NCBI RefSeq assembly: GCF_963921235.1
Contig: NC_086119.1
Coordinates: 51,584,001 to 51,648,000 of the forward strand
Direction of reading: 5' to 3'
DNA: 64,000 nucleotides
Origin: Mobula hypostoma
Taxonomy: Eukaryota
A program made the translations under genes and the position numbers. The notes beneath the pieces are model-generated. The model was not told the origin of the DNA, ran no database searches, and saw nothing but the letters and a program-made list of their open reading frames with translations. Shown here in pieces: positions 26,701 to 39,939 of the stretch (its first letter is position 1; each line of letters begins with the position of its first letter).

Positions 26701-27946
26701 CACTGCGTGATTAGAGTATGAGAAACGTATTAACTTACACTGTGCTACAGTAGTGAACAGCAATAATGTGTGGGTCAGGTCCAAAAATGATATAATATGC
26801 CAAATACAGAAGTGTTGTGTTTTTTTTTTTAACAATGATGAAGTACTTTGAGTAAAGTGTAAGAGAACGTTGTGTTAGCAAGAGATGAGGCGATTACGTG
26901 ATCATCGTGATCAGTTATGAAGCATGGATGATCAAATGCTTATAATAAGTAATTTCTGAAGTTTAGGTTGTAATTCCTCAGCTGGTCCCCTTGCTTCCAA
27001 GCGCCCCCCGCCATTGCCCTCTTTATCTTTATAACCCCCTTAGAAACTCCCAGTGCCTCCAAAGGGTGATTTTGCCCACTTTGACAGCCACTGGTCTAAT
27101 ATGCATGTGGAGGAGTCTACGGGCAAACTTGTGAGCGTGGAACTGGGAAGTGGAATTGAAAAGGCTGGCCACCAGGCGATCCTGGCTGTTGTGGTGAATA
27201 GAGTGAAGGTGTTTGATGGAACAGTCCTCCAATCTACCTCGGGTTTCACTGATGTAGAGGAGGCCACACTAGATGCACTAAATGACACCGATTGATTCAT
27301 TCGTGAAGGGAACCCTCCCTTGGACAAACCATTTAGGTCAGGTGTAACATTTGGAGAGTTGTATGGGTAAGTGTCAGCAGGGAGATTGGTGGGGAGGCAT
27401 GTGGACAAGGGCATTGTGGAGAGAGAGATTCCTTTGGAAGGTAGGGCCTTATCATCTCCCAGCTTGTTCTCCTCTACCTGTCCTCCGTCTAGGACCAGAG
27501 GGACAGCTTCAGAATAGAAGGACATCTCTCTAGAACAGAAATTATGTGGAATTTCTTTGCCAGAGGGTGGTGAATCTGTGAAATTCATTGCCACAGTCAG
27601 CTGTGGAGGCCTTGTCATTGGGTATTTTTAAAGGGGAGGTTGATACATTCTTGATTAGTCAGGTTTTGAAAGGCTTGGAAAGAAGGCAGGAGAAGGGGGT
27701 TGATGGGGTAATAAATCAGCCATGATGGAATGGTGACGCCATTTCAGAATGGCCTTATTTTGCTCGTATTTATCATAAACTTCTGCCTCGGACCGAAATG
27801 TCAACTGTTCACTGTTATCCCTGATGCAGCATTCAGTTCGATACTGTCACGATTTCTCCTCACCTATGGAATTGTGCATTTTGGTTTGTATTGGGACCAA
27901 AGCTTTCATGAGGACTGGGTCTGAGAGGTACTAGAAACAGTTAGAG

Positions 27947-28739
27947 CAGGGATGGTCAACCCATGGCGCATTGGATGATTAGAAGTGGCGCATTGCACCC
28001 CAGTGATAATAATAAAAAAGTAAGCTTACTCATGCAAAAAGTATTAACCAAAAACCGATTTGTAGAAAAAAAATCTATAACAGGAATTCAAACTAGGAAA
28101 GAAGGACTTCTGTTCTGCAGTGCGTCGCAGGTTTTGGCCAGTCAGTTTACAATTGACACTCAGAGTTGTGCTTTGTTCGTCCTTTGTGAACATTTGCAGT
28201 TTTGTACTTTTTCGAAAACTAAGCCTTGATTTTACATTCAGTTACCCGTCACAGTGCAAAAGAAAATGAGCGAAAGAAAAGCAGAGAGTGATAGTAAGCG
28301 TGAATTCAATGAACAGTGGGAAAATGAGTTCTTATTTATAGGGGGTCCGTCAGGAAAACCGTTGTGCATTGTTTGTGAAAACACTTTCTCACATAATAGA
28401 AGACTTAATAGAAACTATAAAACACAACATAGACTGAAATAGAAGGAAAACTGAAGCTAGTGCTTGGGTCTGAGTTATGGAAAGAATATGTGATTAAGAA
28501 AAAGGAAGAAATCAAAAGAAGACAAAATATATTAGTTAAAAGAAGTTGTGGAAGTTTCATTTGGGTAAGTGATGTTTATCTTGTTTTATATTAAATCAAT
28601 ATATCATGTAAAATGCTAAATATGTCTATATTAACATATTTTTACAAGAATTGAATGGGAGTGCAAGAGTTGTATGGCGCATCTGAACTTGTGCGTGAAG
28701 AAAATGGAGGCAAGGAATGTGAAAGGTTGGCCACCCCTG
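27947..28739 (+). mobile_element. Internally deleted hAT (Charlie/Buster-like) transposon with a BED-finger remnant
   Basis: Perfect 8-bp TSD AGTTAGAG; TIRs CAGGGATGGTCAACC / GGTTGGCCACCCCTG; KREFNEQWENEFLF...KPLCIVCENTFSHN. Confidence 0.92.
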
Positions 28740-29399
28740 AGTTAGAGGGACCATTTGTAGCACTGCTGATGAAACCTTTCATCGCTTCTGATGAGATGAT
28801 GATGGCTGGACTGGATTTAGCCCATTTTTCAATTTTTCAATTGCCTGATAGACTTGATCGGGGACTTGGCTAACCCTGAAGGGCACTGGGTATTGCCTGG
28901 TCTGATCTGTTGGTTGTGATGTCCATTGCCTTTGCCTTGCTGTGTTGCTTGCAGTGTTGTTGTGTGAATGAAATCACTGGAGAGACAGTTACTGGTAGAT
29001 ACAAAGCAACTTCTTTATTCGACAAAACCAGGTTCAGCAAGCATCATCATACCGCGGCTCTTTCAGTGGAAAAGTCTGCTGGCTCAGTGTGGGGCTCGAT
29101 ATTTATTTGCTAAACACTAAAGGGCAATCCATATTTACAAAGTATAGACAATGCTTTCTTTTGAGGCTACATACAAACTTCACACCTTCTGAATACATCC
29201 ATCCCACCAGCGCCAGCAGCGTCTGGACTGTTATTCACAGCTTTTAGGAAAGTCATTGTTACGAGTGGACTGGGATTCTGGTATTCACAGCTTTTAGGAA
29301 ATGCATTGTTCCAGTACACCGTCAAAGCCATTTGCTAAGTGTAAACGACCTAAACCCAAAAATTACTGTAGCAGTCACACGGAATGACTTAAATAAAGC

Positions 29400-30060
29400 C
29401 AAGCTAGGATTATCCACTGGCTGAACATGGTTGCCATCGTTTCAGCTTTTTTTTAAGAGCTTGTGTGGCGGGTTCTTCCCTGGTTAAGGATGGCAATGTT
29501 CTTGTCACTCCCTTCCCCGACCGATTGTTGAATTCTCCACTACCATTCACAGTTGGATGTGGGGGCGTGACAGAGGCTTGGTTGTGATATCTATTGCCAT
29601 GATGCTGCAGTGTATCAGCCTCTGGGAGAGTTCCCTCTGCCCTACCCACTTGTTTAAGATTCTCCTATCCTCACATAGCAATCATCAGAATTACAGATTA
29701 TGCGGTAAATCATATACTGCTGGGCGCCTGACTTCTCAGGCCCAACAGGGGCAATTGCCTTTTGCTTTCTTTGCTGGCCATCCAGGTATCCTCACTTTTC
29801 AATGCATAGTAGGCTAATCTTTCCACACGCATTTCATTTGGGAATCTCTTGGCCAGCAGAGATATCCCAGTTGGATTTAGCCTGGTTTCAAGCAGTCAAT
29901 TCAGTAAAGTGGGTTCAGGAAGGCCAAGGTATTACTGCTCTTTTACATCTGCAGTTGTTGAGAAAAAGAAAACTCTCCACAATCATTTGATTTTCCACTT
30001 TTCCTGATTGGGTTGATTTTTGATCTGGGATATTTGTAGCAACAGTTTTTCTGCCGCTAT
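29400..30060 (-). mobile_element. Old LINE (L2/Crack-like) ORF2 linker fragment; related plus-strand pieces at ~9950-10600 and 11800-11890
   Basis: Degenerate W..IQQ.VG.G..NIAILN..KAETMATMFSQ; LKALDITKSMGPYDIPA. Confidence 0.55.
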
Positions 30061-31199
30061 CTTCTGATCGAAGCCCTGTGGAACTTTGACATGTTGGTGG
30101 TGTGATTTTGGGCTGATCAAGCGATCTGGCAGTTTGCTGTCTCTGTGAGAGATTGAAAAGCTTTGGAACGGGGGTGCGGCCTGCTAGCCTGGAGCTGGGC
30201 CGCGAGCCTGTGATCGACTCATTGCTTCTATATTGAGACGTCGAGCAAGGTCAAAGTCAACGAGGAAGGAAGTGAAGGCTACCTGCCTGTATTGGATTGC
30301 CCTTCCTCTCTCTCACCAGTTGCTTTTGAAGGAAAGTGCAGAGTCTTGGTATCCACATTGCCAGGATTTATTGGTGAGACTGTCGATTCATTTTGGGGGA
30401 CTTTGAGGTTCATGTGGCAGGTGTTCCCAGATTCTGGTTACTTTTGTTGTGCTGTGTTTGAGTGGTTTGATAAGGACGATTGATGCGGACTTGTGCACTT
30501 CAGTGAAGACTGGCTCTGTGACCCGCATTGGCCAGCGGCGTGATGTGGTGTGGCACTGAACCGGATACAGCTGCTTTGATGTTGGATATACTACGTCTTG
30601 TTCATTCGCTTTTTGTCATTTGCACAATTTGTTCTTTTTTCCCACATGTTGGGTGTTTGGTGTTTTGTTGAACAGCTTCCATTGTGTTTCGTGGCTGCCT
30701 GCAGCAGGACGAGTCTCAGTTGTATTGTGTATGTACTTTGAATCTTTGATCAAGCACAGCCCTGGTACTCTGTTTTCAAAAGTTCAAGCATCTGTAACTG
30801 CATATTGAGTTTCATATACATTCAAAATTTAGAAGGTAAAATCAGTCTAACATAAGTAACTTTTTTTACATTAAATTGTAATGGTTAATCACAACATTTA
30901 GATACATTTAGCAACTAGAAATGTAATTGTGCTTTTTGAATTAATAGAAAGATTTAGTTACTAAAAATGCACTTGTTTCTGTAGTAATTTTGATTGCAGT
31001 GACGGAGTCATGAACCTGTGGCAGGTCCAACGTGACCCAAGTTCAGTGGACAGATTTTCCCAGTATCAGAGGTTAGAGGGTGCAGGCTGTTAGCGTCCTG
31101 CTACTGGACCCTATGAGAAGTCTGTCAGGTTTACTGTGATAAAGTTGAGCACTACTGTTTCTTTCCAAGTTTTTTAGCAAACAAGAAAATCTGTATTAA

Positions 31200-32450
31200 G
31201 ACCATAAGACATAGGAACAGAATTAGGCCATTTGGCTCATCGAGTCTGCTCCCCCATTCCATCATGGCTAATTTATTATCCCTCTCTAGCCTATTTTCCT
31301 GCCTATCCCCATTACCTTTGATGATCTGACTAACCAAGAACCCATCAAAGTCTGCTTTAAGTACACTCAATGACGTGGCCTCCCCAGCCGTCAGAGGCAG
31401 TGGTTTCCACAGATTCTTCACCCTCTGGTAAAAAAATAATCTTTTTCATCTCTGTTCTAAATGGACATCCCTCTATTCTGAGGCTGTGCCCTCAGTTCTA
31501 GACTCACCTACTATAGGAAACACCCTCTCTACATCCACTGTCTAGGCCTTTCAATATTTGATAAATTTCATTGAGATCTCCACTCATTCTTCTAAACTCC
31601 TACGTGTACAGGTCCAGAGCCATTAAATACTCTTTATACATTGACTCTTTCATTCCTGGAATCATTCTTATGAACCTCCTCTGGATCCTCTCCAATGTCA
31701 GTACTGTACATCTTTTCTTAGATAAGGCGCCCAAAATTGCTCATAATATTCCAACTGCAGTCTGACCACTGTCTCAGAAAGCCTCAGTATCACATCCTTG
31801 CTCTTGTATGCTACTACTCTCAAAATTAATGCTAACATTGTATTTGACGACTTTCACCACCAGCTCAACCTGCAATCAGCCAGTCTTCTAACTGTCGTAG
31901 TATCTTTCCTGTCATTCCATGGGCTCTTGTTAAGCAGCCTCATGAACAGCACCTTGTCAGAGGCCTTCTGAAAATCCAAGTACACAACATCCACTGATTT
32001 TCCTATGCCTATCCTGCCTGTTATTTCCTCAAAGAATTCCAACAGATTTGTCAGGGAATATTTCCCTATAAGGAAACCATGCTGATTTTGGCCTACTCTA
32101 TCATGTGCCTCCAACTACTCTGAAACCTCATCCTTAAGAATTGACTCCAACATCTTCCCAACCACGGAAGGCAGGCTAACTGGCTTATAATTTCTTTTCC
32201 TTAACAATAGCAGTACACTCACTTCTCCCCCCGGATACTCTCAAATTTCTGGTACTTTGCCAGTGTCTTCCACAGTGAAGACTGATGCAAAATACCTGTG
32301 AAGTTCTCTGCCAGTTCTTTATCCCCCATTGCTACCACCCCAGCAGTCCAATATTCACTCTTGCCTCTCTTTTACTCTTTATACATCTGAAAAAAACCTT
32401 TGTTATCCTCTTTGATTTTTGTTTTGGCTAGCTTACCTTTATATACCTTC
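31200..32450 (-). mobile_element. Degenerate CR1 RT + 3' end
   Basis: NQHGFL..SLTNLLEFFEEIT..VDVVYLDFQKA; tail at 31200. Confidence 0.85.
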
Positions 32451-32455
32451 ATATA

Positions 32456-32716
32456 GCCAGCTGGTGGGATAGTGGCATCAGCGCTGGACTTCGGGGCAAG
32501 AGGTCCTAAGTTCGAATCCGGCCAGTTCCCTTGCACGCTCTCCATTCGTGCCTGGGCTGAGTGTCGAGCTAACAACTTGACCTCGTTAAAAAAAACATGG
32601 AGAGGGATGGGCTCTGCCAGGTTTCAGATGCCCAAGACACGCTGTACGATGAGCATAAGCTTGTCATGACGGTGCCCTGACGACTCCACCAGGAGTTAAG
32701 GGCGTACACACACATA
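32456..32716 (+). mobile_element. tRNA-derived SINE
   Basis: A-box-like TGGGATAGTGG, B box GTTCGAATCC, (CA)n tail. Confidence 0.8.
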
Positions 32717-35034
32717 CTGTGATAAATGAGACCGACTCAAAACTGAACGTTCACCAGATGTTGTGAGTCAGCAACAACAGGGTGTTATCCCACCACAATC
32801 TTGGAATAGAATGTACTTCTCCCTACATTAGTATCAAGCTGGGAGACTAGCCCCGGATGGCAAGATAGGAGCAGGCCGTGGTTCCAATCTTGAAAGCAGC
32901 AATAGATGGCTTTATAGAGCAGCTTGTTGTTGAGCCCAGTAGGGGAAACACAATACTGGATTGGGTGTTGTGTAATGAACCAGATATGACTAAAGCTTAA
33001 GGTAAAGAAACTTTTCGGAAGAAGTGATCATAATATGATAGAATCTACCCTGCAGTTTGAAAGGGTGAAGATTATAGGAAAGGGACTAGCCCTGTTTTTT
33101 CAAGCCAGTGATAAAGCAGGTTTGAGAACAGTTTAACTTTTCATTCTCCATTCTGACTCCTTTCATACTGATTCTGTTCTCTTCTCACCTGGTGCCCCTC
33201 CTCCCCTTTCTGTGATGGTCCATTATCCTCTCCTATTGGATTCCTTCCTCTACAGACCTTTACCTTTTCCACCAACACTTCCAACTTCTCGCTTCATTCC
33301 CCTTCTCTCCCCCCACCCCACTTGATTTCACCTGTCTCTTGCCAGCTTGTACTCCTTCCCCCACCTTATTCTGGCTCCTTCCCCCTTGTCCGTACGACAA
33401 TAAACTAACTTTGACAACACATTTTACCAAGGTTTTCCTTGGTTAGGGTATGCTTTAATGATCTTTTTGATAGAATGTAGGGGGAAATTAAAGCTAAGAA
33501 TAAATGATAAATTAGAAAATTTCCAAATTTTGTCGTCTTTCTGTTTTGCCAACTATTTGTTTTATCTTTCAATATATGCAATAAGCTGGCTGTGCCAATT
33601 TTTGTCTGGAGATGCTGTATTATACTTCATTTTAACTCTAGTTGAAAAGCTCCAGCTACTGTCCACTGACAATCTTTGCTTGGTATATTGATTCTTGGTA
33701 TTGAGATGGGCAAGAATTCAAATCTGTTTTTGAGAGATGAGCACTGAAATTCAAGCTACTACTCTCCTACACTGTGGTTGCTGCGCTCTGCTGTAGAAGA
33801 TACTGTGTTGTGGTAAGCCATAGAATAGCTTTTCCTAAATCAAGTGCCAGGCATTATATGGTACTTTATTGAATTAGAGTGTCGTGCATGTCTTGGAAAA
33901 TATCATTCAATTAACATTGTCAAAACAGGTTATCTGATCATGGTCAATAGGTTTGTGTTGGTCATTAGAAAGGTGCTTGAATACATTATTAAAGGGAGTG
34001 ATGATGGAGTGGCAAAGAACCAGTCCGTTTGGCAGTTTGAACAAGGGAAATTGTGTTTGAACTCTTTGATGATTTAATTAGTGTGATAAATGGGATTTAG
34101 CACATGATGATGTATTTGGATTTCAGAAGGTCTTTGTTGCGATGCCACTTAAAATGATTAATGCTTGAGTTTGAAGGGCAATTAGTCTGGACAGGAGATT
34201 TGTTAACAGGCAGGAAACAAATTGGATCATATTCCTATTGGAATACCTCAGTGATCAGTACTAAGGTAATCTGGGATAATGACTGAGAAGAAGAGAGCCA
34301 AGTTGAAGTGTGTCTATGTCTCTGCCAGTGTTAAGGAAGGTAGTAAAGGAAGTTAGGAGGATGAACTGTTTGCTGAGCTATTATAAATGGGTGAATTGAG
34401 TGGCCAAAATAGGTGGTACATGAAGTATATGGGGTAATGATAGAAAAAAATGGAAAAAGTCATGTTTTTAAGTAGTGATGTGATGCTCAAAGTAATCTGG
34501 GAGTAAAAAGCTCGTGTTCGCAAGCACGTACAGCAAATGGAATTTCTAGAGAAGGATTAAATATTGTCATAACTGTACAAGCTTTGGTGAGATCGTGCCT
34601 GAAGAACCGCATGCAGTACTTAAGGAAGATTATCCCTGGCATGAAGATTGATTGCAGGATAGTGGGTGGGATGTTAGTGTAAGAGGAAAGATTGAACAGA
34701 GTCGGCCTTTATTTTTCCGAGTTCAGAAAAAAACAGTTTCCATCAATGGGTAAAGCCCTCCCCACCGTTGAGCACATCTTCATGGAGCGTTGTTGCAGAA
34801 AAGCAACATTCATCATTGGGGATCACCACCACCCAAGTCATGCTCCCTTCTCACTGCTGCCATCAGGAAGAAGGTACAAGAGCCGCAGTGCTTGCACCAC
34901 CAGGTTCAGGAACAGTTCTTACCCCTCAACCGTCAGCCTCTTGAACCAGAGGGGATAACTTTACTCACCTTCACTTGCCCCAGCACTGAACTGTTCCCGC
35001 AACCTATGGATTCGCTTTCAAGGACTCTTCATCT

Positions 35035-37981
35035 TGTCACATACCTCACGGAGATCTGTGATTTTATTTTTGTGAGAATGATGTAATGGTCTTTTGGAGG
35101 CCATCTGATGTAATTTTCCCGCCGATGTGAGGTCACGTGATGACATGTGCATCACAGGTATATAAGGGAAGATCTCAAATGATGCAGATAGCTTTTAGTT
35201 TTTAGTTTTCCAGCTAGAACGTGCGTCTGTGACTCTGGTTCTGTTGCGTATTTATTTTATGGCGCAGTTTCATTTTTAAGACGGAGTGTTGCATTCTGTT
35301 GCAAGGTACAATAGTGCTGGATTGGCAATTTTTGCTGGATGTGTTGATGTACCTTATTTCAGCAGTGGTATGGGAGAGTGAAGACTTTATCGAAGTACAA
35401 GCCCCGTAGGATTGAGAGGAGTCCGTTTCGTTCAGCAGTTTAACAAAGGATCGACCTTATTGAGTCTTCGTTGAAGGAGTATGACCTGCATCGAAGATAA
35501 CTCTTGCCAAAAGAGCAAAGAGTTCATGCAAGGTTTGCTGTCTAGAATTTAAGGTCAGTTGTTTTAAACTGTTTATTTCCTGCATCGTGAATCCTTTGGA
35601 CAGAGCTAGCAGGAAAGTCGCGTCTATGAAGAAATCCTTCTCCAGAGAGGTCTCTCCCAATTGAACGTATAAATCTGTTGGACTTTCGAACTTACCATTA
35701 AGAACTATATCTGACTTTACCGCTTTAAGAACTGTTTTTGCATTTAACGCTGTAAGAACCAGTGCTGAGTGATGATTTGTTGAACGGCTGCATAGCGATT
35801 AACTTCTGGTTAAGGTTTTCATTCGTTTTTTTTATTGTTTGTCCGTGTTTAATAAATGTTTGGTTTTTTTATATAACCTGTCTCGATTGATATTCATTTT
35901 GCCGGTTACATAACATAGTTTGTGGGGGCCCCTCTGGGATATGTTCTGATTTTGAGTTTAAGTGCTGGTAATTGCCATTTTGATTTGGAAAAGGGAAATG
36001 CCCAATTTTTTTAGTTTGATTAGTGTGTGAGTGGTATTTGGCAACAATGAATATTGACGAGTTTATGGACACGCCTGACTCAGGGTCTTTAGTGAATGCG
36101 AGAAAACCTGAGGTATTGGAGATTGCTAGGAGGTTGGATATTAAAGGAATTATGAAGAATTCTACCAAGGCTTTCCTACAAAGAAAAATCGCTGAGCATT
36201 ATATTACTTTGAAAATGTTTGATGCTGAGATGTTAGATGGGTTTCCAATGAGTAATCTGGAAATGCAGTTACATCTTGACAAATAAAGTTAAAGCAATTA
36301 GAAGCTGATTTGGAAAGAAGTCGGTTAGAAGCTGTAATTAAACAGAAGGAATTCGAGGCTAGGGAGGCTATTAAAAAAAGGGAATTTGAAGAAAGAGAGG
36401 CCCATTTAAAAAAAGGGAATTTGAAGAAAAAGAAGCTGAAAGCCAGAGGAAATTTGAGCTAGAGATGCAGAAATTAAAGTCCGGGAATCAGTCTTCTGGT
36501 TCTACGAAACAGTTTCTTGCTAGTCGTGAGGTTATTTTGGCTGCTGCATTTAATGAAGCTGAAGTGGACAAATATTTCCAGCATTTTGAAGCTGTTGCTC
36601 TGAGTTTAAAGTGGCTGAAAGAGCAATGGCCAGTGATGTTACAAAGTGTAATTAAAGGCAAGGCACAACAAGTTTATACAGCTTTAAATGCTGAGCAAGC
36701 ACTGGATTATGATATTGTTAAAACAGCATATATTAAAGGCAAACAACAGGAAATCTGTAGATGCTGGAAATTCAAGCAACATACATCAAAGTTGCTGGTG
36801 AACACAGCAGGCCAAGCAGCATCTAAATTAAAGGCATATGAGTTGGTTCCGGAAGCGTATAGAGAAAGATTCAGAAATTTTGAAGAAATCGGTGGAAAAA
36901 ACTTATGTGGAATTTGCCTATGAGAAATCTGTGTGTTTTGAGAGATGGGTTTCCTCTAAAAATGTGAATGGGGAGTATAATAAATTAAAAGAGTTGATTT
37001 TGCAGGAAGAATTTAAAAGAAGCATTCCTGTTGAAGTGAGAACATACTTAAGTGAACGGGACACTGCTACATTGCAGGAGATTGCTAAATTAGCTGATGA
37101 GTATGTTTTAATTCACAAGAATAAATTTTTTCCAGGTAGAATTTTTAAAAGGAAAACTAGCACAGAGAGTCAAGGTAAACCAGAAATTAAATCTGAAGTT
37201 TGTGAGAAAAGTAAGGATGAAGGGAGACATGTGAAGAAAAGACATTTTGGTGTTATTTGTAATTATTGTAAGAAACCTGGACATGTAGTAGCTAATTGCT
37301 TTTGATTGAAAAAGGAAGAGAAAGAAGTGGTCCCAGATGCTTGTGTGCAGCATATTGAAACACCTGTAAATTCAGAGGGTTCAGGAAATACTAATGAAGA
37401 TGTGTCAGAGTCTGATCAAGTTAAGAGGGGATATGAAAATTTTATAACAGAAGGATTTGTATCCTTGAAAGAAGGATCCAATTCAGTACCAATAAGAATA
37501 CTTAGAGATACTGGAGCTTCTCAATCACTAATATTAGACAGTGTGCTAAAGTTTAGTGATGAGTCTGACATTGGTGAGGTAAATTATGTAAGAGGAGTTG
37601 GGAGTGCCCTTATGCCAGTACATTTACATAGAGTAAATTTAAGGTCAGGATTAGTTACAGGGGTTGTTAAAGTAGGACTACAATCCAGTTTACCTGTGAA
37701 TGATGTTTCTCTTTTGTTAGGGAATGATTTAGCAGGTGGACAAGTTTTTCCTGAAGTGCATTTGACAATAAATTCAAATTCTGAGGAACCACAGAGGGAT
37801 TCTAACACAGATTTTTCCTGTGTTGTAACAAGAGCTACGGCTAAAAAGACTGATGTAAAGAATGAGGTTGTTACCCATGACGGTTCAAATCAAGATTCAA
37901 ATTTTGAGGATGTATCAGAAACTTTCTTACCTACATTAGTTGATCAGGATTGTGGTGGTATGTCTGACCAGGAAGATTTGT
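35035..37981 (+). mobile_element. 3'-truncated Gypsy (Gmr1-like, SCAN-containing) LTR retrotransposon: 5' LTR, primer-binding site (PBS), gag, protease
   Basis: LTR TGTCAC...TAACA at ~35035-35915. PBS TGGGGGCCCCTCTGGGAT at 35923-35940 (15/18 to the tRNA-Pro 3'-end complement). SCAN-like KAYELVPEAYRERFR...LILQEEF; CCHC knuckle CNYCKKPGHVVANC; protease LRDTGASQS. Confidence 0.92.
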
Positions 37982-39939
37982 CAGTATTGCTTATTTGTTG
38001 TTGTTATTGTTATTTTTTTCTTTCTTTTAGTATTTGCACAGTTCTTTGTCTTTTGCACTCAATGTCCGCCAACGTCCTTGGTGCAGTCTTTCATTGATTC
38101 TATTATGATTATTGAATTTATTGAGTATGCCCACAAGAAAATTAATCTCAGGGATGTATATGGTGACATATATGTACTTTGGTAATACATTTTCTTTAAA
38201 CTTCTTGGCCTTGACAGGGGATTGCATTCAGAATCAAGATTTTGCTATGAGCAATGAGTATATACCCGAGATGAGTGATGAAATCAGGAAGAACTTCTTC
38301 ACTGAGAGTTGTTAACCTTTCTATACCCCTGAGAGCTGTGGATGCTCCAAGTGTATTTATAGACTTGGGGAATTGAGGGTTATGGTGATTGGACTGGAAA
38401 GTGAGCTGAGTCACAGATCAAATTAGCTATGATTTTCTGAATGGTCACTTCCTTGGAGGGCTACTTGGCATATTGCTTCCATTTATATTCTTTTCACATT
38501 GCATTTTGTGAGAGAAATATGTCAGCTGTATTTCTTGCAGGAGAGATAAACCTTTAGAGTTGGATGTAAAGTACTTTTGCAAATCTTGCTTTAGGGACAG
38601 CTGTTGTAAATACTCATGATGCTGCTACGTGCTGGTCTGTTTTATGTCTGCCAGTGCACATCCTTGTTAGGAACTATGCAATTACTTGGACAATGCCAAG
38701 CTTGAGCTGGCAAGCATCCATGTCTAGTGCAAACCTTGGCTGAGCCACTTCTCAGGGCAGTTAGTAATACGTTAAAATATTGAATAATTCAATCTTTTTC
38801 GACTAAAACACAACTTTAAATTAAAATTTAGTCAACCTTGTGTTTATATGCTTATGCCTGTTAGGTGCTGACTGATACAGACTAATACTGTTCCTGCTGT
38901 AATTTTATATCTGTCAGCCTTGGCTTTGCAGAAAATTAAGTTATAGATACGCTGCTTCATGTATTCAAGTAATCTGTTGAATTCTCCCTGTGTCGACTGA
39001 TAAATGAAACATTACAGCTTGGCTGAGGTATAGGAAACTGCTCAGAATACTGGTACTATAAGGAGTTAGTTTTTAGGAGGGAGAATGGTTGCAAATGAAA
39101 ACTTTGGTACTGTTACTGCTAACCTTGATAGAGAAAAGGCTGACTAGTGCTTGTTCTGTTTATAAACGCTTTGAGTTAGAAGTTGTAATGCTTCTGATAT
39201 CAATAGGGATTAATTATAAATAATACACAAGGTGCTCAGAAGTTTAAGTTGGTACTTCTGTCAACAGATGAATAGCTGAGAATAACAGAATTCATGTTTA
39301 TTGAGTAGTCTGCTATAATAGAAATATTATTGGGAACAATTTAAAAATTAACGTGATAAAAGTGAAGCTTGCTTTTTAAAAAACCAGAATGTAGTAAAGA
39401 AAAAACGAATCCCCTGTTTGATTGATCAGCGCTCTTAGTTTGGCATCTGTTGCACTGGGACCCCACTAGGCATTAAATTAGCCATGATTAATTAATGCCC
39501 ATGTAATGTAAACTTGCATTTTATACTTGTTTATATACTGTATGCTGTATTATTTCTATTGTGAACATTTTTAAAAATAAACGTGTTAATACTTCCTTGA
39601 CTGTCACGCACGAAATGCTGGAGGAACTCAACAAGTCAGGCAGCATCTATGGATGGAATAAGCACTTGACATTTTAGGTCAAGCAACTTGGCAAGTCAGC
39701 AGCATTTTTTTTGTATTATTCGAGCTTTTCAGCATCTACAGAATCTCTTGTATTTGTACTTCCTTCACTGACTGGAATCAGTGGAATGTAGTTGGAAATT
39801 GTTATCTCACTCTCTACAATTGAAACATCAAATGCATTGCAATGACTGTATTGCCCAGAATAGCAAAATACAGAACTGTATAAGGAGCAGGAATAGCCTC
39901 TTCTCCACTGTTTAAAATGGACGTCTGACCTAATTTTTA

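Noticed and set aside
28254-28442. GTF2IRD2/ZBED-like host gene
   Set aside because: Enclosed by TIRs and an 8-bp TSD and frameshifted, so it is a hAT remnant
32456-32530. Possible tRNA gene
   Set aside because: No complete cloverleaf or terminator; it continues into a SINE body and (CA)n tail
36465-37305. SCAN zinc-finger host gene
   Set aside because: Preceded by an LTR/PBS and followed by a CCHC knuckle and protease, so it is retrotransposon gag with stops and frameshifts
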